From positions 35,844,786-35,885,564 of the forward strand of contig NC_069000.1 of the NCBI RefSeq assembly GCF_001194135.2: a stretch of DNA of 40,779 bases, given 5' to 3'. Source of the DNA: Octopus bimaculoides. Taxonomy: Eukaryota. Position numbers and translations under genes: made by a program. Below, piece after piece: positions 33,531-40,779 of this stretch (the first letter of the stretch is position 1; every line of letters starts with the position of its first letter). The notes beneath the pieces are model-generated. The model searched no databases, had not been told where the DNA came from, and worked only from the letters and a program-made list of their open reading frames with translations.

Positions 33531-33860
33531 CCCCTTAGCATTTAGATTACTCTGTCAAATGTAATTCTTATTTATTCACACTGTTTTTGAATTAATCATG
33601 CATTATCTGGTAGCTTCAAGATTTCAATGATTTGATTGCTTATTTTTAGAATAACATTTGTGGGGTAGGTGTGAGAGGCTGAATCTAGTCAGTTTGAACA
33701 TAAAACAGGTAGAATATTTGGGCTTGATGTGGCTTTGTCATTCATCTTTCAGGGGTCAGTGAAATAAGTACCAGTTGAACACTGGGGCCAGTGTAATCGA
33801 TTTATCTTCTCTCCCAAAATTGCTGGCCTTGTGCCAAAATCTGAAGTCAGTATTTTTACA
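33531..33860. mobile_element. piggyBac-like MITE (33531-33733) fused to an internal SINE-C fragment (33734-33860)
   Basis: TTAA|CCCCTTAGCATT start. MITE sequence switches directly to TTTGTCATTCATCTTTCAGGGGTC. Confidence 0.7.
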
Positions 33861-33875
33861 ACTTTTAATTAATAA

Positions 33876-34075
33876 GGTGGCAAACTGACAGAATAATCAG
33901 AACATCGGACAAAATGCTAAGTGACATTTTTTCTAACTCGTTATGTTTTTAATTCAAATTCCACTGAGACCTAGTCTTTCATCCTGGGATTGATGTAAAT
34001 GGGATCAATGTGATTGACTATCTCACTCCATTCTTTAAAATTGCTGGCCTTGTGTCAAAATTTGAAATGATTTTT
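33876..34075 (+). mobile_element. SINE family C, diverged
   Basis: AGGTGGCAAACTGACAGAAT ... TTCAAATTCCACTGAG ... AAATTGCTGGCCTTGTGTCAAAATTTGAA. Confidence 0.7.
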
Positions 34076-34324
34076 ACAACTTGTGTTTATATGTTTTTAC
34101 ATCCATTTTTCTCTGCTAGCATGGGTTACATGAATATAATATTGAGGTATTGTTTTATGGCCAGATGTTGCTAACACTTACTTGAAAACACTAAGTAAGG
34201 GTCCTTTATTTTGCATGTCTTTCAAGGCACAAAATCAGCAGAGGATTTGTTGAGTAAAGAAATGACAATCTCACTGCTTGTGTGTGGCAATTTTGTTGAA
34301 GTGCAAATGTAAACATAGACCCTC

Positions 34325-34515
34325 ACATGTATGTATACACACACACATACACACCCGATTGGCTTCATTCATTTTCCATCTGCCAAATCCACTCACAAGG
34401 CTTTAGTAGGCCCAGGACTATAACAGAAGACACTTGCCCAAGGTGCAGTGCTGTGGGACTGAACCCAAAACCATATCGTTGGGAAGCGAACTCCTTAAAC
34501 ACTCAGCCATGTCTG
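34325..34515 (-). mobile_element. SINE family A head
   Basis: CCAAATCCACTCACAAGGCTT ... GAAGACACTTGCCCAAGGTG. Confidence 0.8.
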
Positions 34516-34547
34516 CACTTTTATGTCTGCTCAAAAAATGCTTTTTG

Positions 34548-34695
34548 TTTTATTGGCATTAGGAAGGGCATCCAACCATAGAAACCATGCCAAAGCAGAC
34601 AATTGGAGCCTAGTGTAGCTCTCTGGCTTGCTATCTCCTGTAGAACTTTCCAACCCATGCCAGCATGGAAAGCATGGAAGTTAAATGAAGATGAT
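34548..34695 (+). mobile_element. RTE LINE 3' end
   Basis: TTGGCATTAGGAAGGGCATCCA...CCAACCCATGCCAGCATGGAAA. Confidence 0.8.
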
Positions 34696-35533
34696 TGCTT
34701 TAGGTTTACATCAGCTACAGTTTTGGTTAGCGTGTCTCCTCTCTTTTGAGGTTTTGTTTCTCAAAAACTCAAATGTTGTAAAGCATTTTGATTTTTCTTT
34801 AGCACCAATTGCTAAAATAGTTTGAATGCAACCGCCTGAAAATTACAACAAATAGCAGTGTTTGGCAAGTTTCCTAATGTACACTGTCAGGAAAATTTGG
34901 CAGAAATAGATATCTATCTTATCATCTCCTAATTATCTTTTAAGTAATTCAAGTAGAATTTTCTTTTTTATTTCTTCCCTTTCTAAATGCTAATGCAGAA
35001 TAAAAGATTTTTATGTAATTACTAACAACATAATTCTATTGCAGCCCATTCAATGATTACATTAAATTATGCCTTAAGGAAATATAAGCTTTAGTAAATT
35101 TGGTCATTCATTATTTCAGAATATTACTTTGTAATTGCAAATGGCAAAGTTAACAAGAGTCAAATTAAGGCCATCACACTTATGGCACAAGAAAAGAAAA
35201 AAATTTGCTTAATGACTAATTTTTATTTAATGTAATTCTGGCAAGTACAACAGACAATTCTAGGCATGTTTTGGTCTTATTAAACCTTCTTGGCAAAACA
35301 TCCTTCTTCATACATGCCAGTTTAGTTATAAGAGAATCGTTATATTGATTTACAAAATGTGTATGTGCTGGTCTCAAGAATAATGAATGATCTCATGTAA
35401 GTTGTTATATAAAAATATAGTAATTCTTTTATCACTAATTTTGGCAAGTACAGAGAAAGCTCTGTTTTGTTGAGGCAGGCCTAAAAAGACCAAGGTATAG
35501 CTGAGGTTGTCAGGTTGTCACCTGTACTTTTGG

Positions 35534-35534
<1 letters not shown>

Positions 35535-35587
<53 letters not shown>

Positions 35588-35760
35588 TTATCATCATCAT
35601 CATCATCATCATCGTTTAACATCCACTTTCCATGCTAGCATGGGTTGGACGATTTGACTGAGGGCTGGTGAAACCGGATGGCTACACCAGGCTCCAATCT
35701 AATTTGGCAGAGTTTCTACAGCTGGATGCCCTTCCTATATATATATATATATATATATAT
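35535..35760 (-). mobile_element. RTE 3' end (35586-35737) flanked on both sides by (TA)n
   Basis: (TA)n-(CAT)n-CGTTTAACATCCACTTTCCATGCTAGC...GATGCCCTTCC-(TA)n. Confidence 0.85.
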
Positions 35761-36159
35761 GATGGGCCTTTGTACAGTTTACATCTACCAAATTACTTTC
35801 ACAAGGTAGTGGTTGACTCCAAGGTATGGTAGAAAGTATCTAAAGTCATCATTATCATCATCATTCCCTAAACATTACTGTCTTGAGTCCTAGGGCTCAT
35901 GGGGTCAGTTACCAGGTTACCATGGCATACAAATGACCAAGATCACAATATTCTCCCTGAGCATGACACCAGTCCATCACAGAGTTATTCATTTGTACCT
36001 GAGTAAAATAGGAATCAAAGGGGTCAATAGGCAAAAAACGGTTGGGAACCATGGAAGTACATCAACAACATATTGGCCAGTTGTACAGTATCCTTTTTGC
36101 ATAAAGCAATAAATTACATCTTTTGGTAACATTTAATTTTTCAAACTATTGTCTTTAGA

Positions 36160-36370
36160 GATTTTTAAATTTTATTTGTTTCAGTCATTGGACTGTGATT
36201 GTACTGGAGTATTGCCATGAAAGGTTTAGCCAAACAAATCAACCCCAGTACTTAGTTTTTTTTTAATGCCTGGTACTTATTCTATCAGCCTCTTCAATTG
36301 AACTGCTAGATTACAGAGATGTAAACAAGCCAACACCATTTGTTAAGTGGTAGTGGAAGGACAAATACTG

Positions 36371-36425
<55 letters not shown>

Positions 36426-36575
36426 TTTAGTTTCTGTTTACCAAATTCTCTCACAAAGCATTGGTTGGCTCAGGGCTCTTGTAGAAGACATTTGCCCAAG
36501 GTGCCACACAGTGAAATTGAACCCAAAACCATGTGGTTGGGATGTGAACTTTCCCACACTGCCATGCCAGCATCT
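36160..36575 (-). mobile_element. SINE family A
   Basis: Tail, internal (CA)n and head all recognisable. Confidence 0.82.
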
Positions 36576-37689
36576 CAGCCCCACCTTAAACAAATGTAAA
36601 ATCACTTTAGAACAGTAAAAATTACACTCCCATATTTTAAAGAAGACAATGGTGAATGGGATATGCAGTGTTTGATGTGCAAACTATGAATATTCATTTC
36701 TGTGCTTAATAAAAACATTAATGATTTTCACATGTATGTGAACTTGGAAACACAAGAAACCATTTCAAAGAAAAGCCAAATCAACGAAACAAACACATGT
36801 GTAAGAAATCGGTTTTTGGATTCTTAACCAGGAATCAAAATCTTAGCCTAGATTTTCCTACCAGATCCTTTCCTTTGTATTCGGCATTAGTACTAGGGAA
36901 ATTTATGAGGTCACTTGTCAAACTTATCTTGGTTCCTTTGTATGAATTAGAATTCCAGGGTTATTTGGAGGTGTCATAGATAAGACATATACTTTCTGTT
37001 GTTTCAGTCAGAATTTTTTGATCATTTAAAGGTTATCATGGATAAGGCATATACCTTTTTTGTTCAGCTTTTCCCATAGGTATAAATAGGAACCTTCAGA
37101 TGAACATCATTGGCCAGTATTTTTTTGATTCTTCATGCTGTACATCTTTTGCTTTCTAGCAAGCAGTTTTTCCTAACAGACACACATCTAAAGGTGTGCA
37201 AGCTTCATTTTTAATTGTACCACTAAACTGCTGACTACTACTATAGTCTTATATACTGAACCTACATGCAAATAAAAACTGGAGCCTTAACATAACCTGT
37301 TACATGTTTTTGTCCCCTCCAGGTAGTAAAATGTGAGAAACTGTCATTGCTACAGAAGATGTGCAATTCATTGTTAAACATCACTATACCTTAACATCCA
37401 TGAACCGTTTATCTTGGTTAAATGAACTCTTTCTCTGATTCTGAAGTAGCAAAGAAATTTTCCAGTGCTTGAACTTAAATAGAAGTAATTGTTAATTCTC
37501 TACTTGCGCCACATTCTATTAATGCTTTTTTTTAAAAATGGGACATCTATGGTAGAACTGCTGCAGAGAGAAATAATTACAATTGAATAAAGGGATTTCT
37601 TGTAATTTGACCAGAAGAATTATGGTTTCTAGTCGAAACTAATTAAAGTGAAGAAACACCTGATGAGCAAACAGCTATTATTGCTGATT

Positions 37690-38100
37690 ATTTTTTTTAT
37701 TTTTCATTCATTGGACTGTGGCCATGCTGAAATACCACCTTGAAGGGCTTTAGTTGAACAAATTTTGAATGAATTAACCCCAGTAATTATATTTTTTTAA
37801 AGCCTGGTACTTATTCTATCAGTCCCTTTTGCTAAACTGCTGAGTTATGGGGACACTGTCAAGCAGTGGCAAGGGGACAAACACAAGCACACAGATACAT
37901 ACATACATGCATGCATGCATGCACAAATGAACGAATGATAGGCTTCTTTCAGTTTCTGTCTACCACATCCACTCAAAAGGTTTTGGTCAGCCTGGGTCTA
38001 TAACAGAAGACACTTGCCCAAGGTGCCAACAGTGAGACTGAACCTGGAGCCATGTGTATGGGAGGCAAACTTTTTAACATACAGCCATGCCTGCACCTAT
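37690..38100 (-). mobile_element. SINE family A
   Basis: Tail, internal (CATA/CATG)n and head all recognisable. Confidence 0.82.
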
Positions 38101-38197
38101 AATTATGTACTGAAACTTCTGGAAGAAAATGAACTTTCTGAGAAAGGTATTATATTTACAGATGATAACTGCAATACAATGGGGAAGCTTTTTAGAG

Positions 38198-38631
38198 CAG
38201 TGGGCAATAATTTCCGACGAAAAAGGTCTGCGGGCGGACACAGGTTTTAACTCTTATATCTGTGTAAATCTTGTATATATCTATGTCTAATTTGATATAC
38301 ACCAATAAAGATAAGTTAAACATGTTAAATTAACGCTGCCACTAAATTTAGGATGATTATATTACTTATGAAGTATTCTATTTTTTTCAGCTAAAGTGTA
38401 GTTGGGTCTAGCAATATATGTTTTGTAGTGAAAACAAAATTTCTACCCAAATGGCAATTACTGGACGATTTCTGGCCATTTTAAGTCGTAGTGGAAATGC
38501 GACCTATGTCACAAATAGATATACTAATATTGTATAAATTTTGATTGAAAAATTTACTATATTTTGTACATATGAATATATCAGCCTGCAGGCATAATAA
38601 AATGGACTCGCAGGGGGTTTCCCCTCCTCTG
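38198..38631. mobile_element. Possible decayed hAT-like MITE
   Basis: Ends CAGTGGGCAA...CTGCGGGCGG and GCCTGCAGGC...CCCCTCCTCTG, flanked by (T/G)TTAGAG on both sides. TIR is poorly conserved. Confidence 0.35.
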
Positions 38632-39149
38632 GTTAGAGGATTCAGGCATAATGAAAATACCTGTAATATGCTTGTAAATTGAAAGAAAAAATTGTTTCAA
38701 AACATCATTATTTGGAGTGGGTTGCTCGCACATATTTTAAACAAATGTGCTCATTATGCAGTAGAATGAATATTGAAAATATTTACGATAAATTCTATGA
38801 AAATTGTCTTACCTTTTTATTTTTTTATTTGTCTCAGTCATTGGACTGGAGCACCACTTTAACCCATTACCAACCAGTGATCTCATATGAGATCACTTAA
38901 AAATTACAAATTTCGTAATTATCTGTCAATATTTACACATATCTAACCTTTTTGCTATATCTACTAGGTATATTTCTCTGATATTCAAATGAGGTTTGCT
39001 AATTTTTCACCCAATATCTCGCTTATTTCTATTTAAAATGTTATTTTGAAATGTTATTTTGATCATTTCAGCGTGTTTCTAAGGCTATTTTATACTAGAA
39101 ATCAAAGTTTCATAAAAAAATTTCAGTTAATAGAATTATGGGAGGTAAT

Positions 39150-39470
39150 GGGTTGAAGGGTTTAGTTAAGCAAATCAACCCTGGTACTTACTTTTAAGTC
39201 TAGTACTTATTTTATTGGATGCTTTTGTCTGTTAAGATACAGGGATGTAAACAAACTGACACCAGTCATCAAGCAGTGGGAGACAAATGCACACACACAC
39301 ACACACATACACATGTGGGCATCCATACAATTTCAATCTACAAAATTCACTTACAAAGCATTGGTTGGCCCAAAGTTATAGTAGAAGACACTTAACCAAA
39401 GTGCTGCACAGTGAACTGAACCCAAAAGAAACAATGTGGTTGCATAGTGACCCTCTTAACTCTACAGTTA
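39150..39470 (-). mobile_element. SINE family A, diverged
   Basis: GCAAATCAACCC..GTACTT ... (CA)n ... TATAGTAGAAGACACTT. Confidence 0.75.
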
Positions 39471-39854
39471 TGTCTGAAAATATAAATGGGATAGTCATTA
39501 CTGGATTGTCTTTAATCATAAGCGAACCTGGCAGTGGGGCTGTTTTAACAAAAACACCTGCATTAGCAAGTGATAAAAGTCAATAAAATCTGTCATGTCT
39601 TGAAGTTTACAATGTTAAGTAAGGCATTATTCTGACAATAAACATGTTCAAAGCAATTATATAATGTTAGAAACAATTATTCTTACAACCAAATTTTATT
39701 GGCAAGATTTTTAACTTGAAGCAGTTTTAATGAAATTATATTGTACTATTTATCCAAAACAAATCCTGCTGTTTACTCCTATTTGGCAAGATTAGAAATA
39801 ATTGCTATGAAATAAAACAGAAGTGATAGTTTTGTGTCTGGGAAATTAAGCACG

Positions 39855-39856
<2 letters not shown>

Positions 39857-39888
<32 letters not shown>
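39857..39888. repeat. A32 homopolymer followed by (CAA)n
   Basis: Directly visible. No attached retroelement recognised. Confidence 0.9.
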
Positions 39889-39889
<1 letters not shown>

Positions 39890-40514
39890 AACAACAACAG
39901 AAAAACTGGATTTGCTGAAAGGAAACTTTTTTTTGTTAATGGTTTACTTTAATGTTTAGCTCAATAAATTTACTGATTTTTGCTACTTAACAAACTTAAG
40001 CTTGAATTAGGTTAACTTTCTGTATTGACGTCATATACATTTCAGAAAGGAAAAAACCAAAAAAAAAAAAATAAATACATTAACAGACAAATGTGTGTTC
40101 ATATACCATCTTGTGTTTTCATTCAGGTGACACAGGTGGGCGTTACATCAAAACATTTAAGTATTCTTTAGCAGAATGAAAGTAAGATTTACCTCTGTTG
40201 TTGATTACAAAGCTTCTTATGTAATAAACACTATACGTACAAGTTTATGTAGTGTACATTTCAAAGATCTTGTTATTTCTGACAGTATTTATTTATAATA
40301 TCAAGAAAAATAAAAATAAATTAAAAAAATATACTATTTATTTATCTATTTATTCTTTTCAAGCATTCGTCTTGCTTTATATGGGATCTGTTTGTTCTTG
40401 TATTGATGCAACAGAGATGTTATGTCTAGAGGTCTATCAAGCCTCATTTCCAGTCATGAAGCAGCCGATTATGGCAAGCGGAATTTAAACACAGAATGCT
40501 GAAGGTGCAACAAT

Positions 40515-40714
40515 GGCTGTATAGGCACAGGTATGGCTGTGTGATAAGAGATTTGCTTCCCAACCACATAACCCATGTGGTTTCAAGCTTGGTCTCACTG
40601 TGTTGCATCCTGGGCAAGTATCTTTTACTACAGCCCTGGGCTAACAAAGCCTCATGAGTGGATTTAGATATATATATATGTATATATATATATATATGTA
40701 TATGTATATATATG

Positions 40715-40779
<65 letters not shown>
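40515..40779 (+). mobile_element. SINE family A head running into a (TA/TG)n tract at the window end
   Basis: GTATGGCTGTGTGATAAG ... CTGGGCAAGTATCTT ... GAGTGGATTTAG, then (TA)n. Confidence 0.8.

Noticed and set aside
37632-37675. Type II hammerhead (GAAAC ... CTGATGA)
   Set aside because: No NUH cleavage triplet next to stem I, and no convincing stem II.
40127-40180. Exon after strong acceptor TTTTCATTCAG (similar cases at 37323, 30234 and 12344)
   Set aside because: Stops precede the best donors or only 6-20 nt microexons result. Indistinguishable from chance without RNA data.
2960-40647. ORF-track entries as protein-coding genes
   Set aside because: Nearly all overlap SINEs, RTE tails, microsatellites (HTHT, YIYI, CVCV runs) or N gaps. 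Only the mariner frame at 24117-24365 has recognisable motifs, and it is a pseudogene fragment.

Overview
AT-rich, repeat-dense eukaryotic non-coding DNA with three assembly gaps (8168-8263, 19460-19984, 27530-27552). The SINE families, RTE-type LINE tails ending in (GAT)n and abundant (TA)n/(CA)n/(CAT)n tracts point to an octopus (coleoid cephalopod) genome. That species call is pattern recognition, not a database result. No intact protein-coding gene, tRNA, rRNA or CRISPR array is supported. Almost all ORF-track entries are SINE, microsatellite or N-gap artefacts. Real coding remnants are a 108-codon open RTE reverse-transcriptase fragment (1-324, minus), two decayed RTE ORF fragments and an internally deleted DD34D mariner. 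The rest is layered SINEs (three tRNA-headed families, labelled A, B and C here), RTE 3' ends, piggyBac-, Tc2- and hAT-like MITEs and a Helentron-type non-autonomous element, many nested with readable TSDs. The most interesting leads are a variant minimal hammerhead-like motif in a microsatellite-embedded insert (18374-18409), a pseudoknot-like RTE 5' leader (11024-11103), a one-strand TGGCA(AG) motif cluster in unique DNA, a perfect 23-bp foldback, reciprocal RTE/piggyBac nesting, and a few weak candidate small exons. I cannot support a complete novel system from this window. Boundaries of decayed repeats are approximate.
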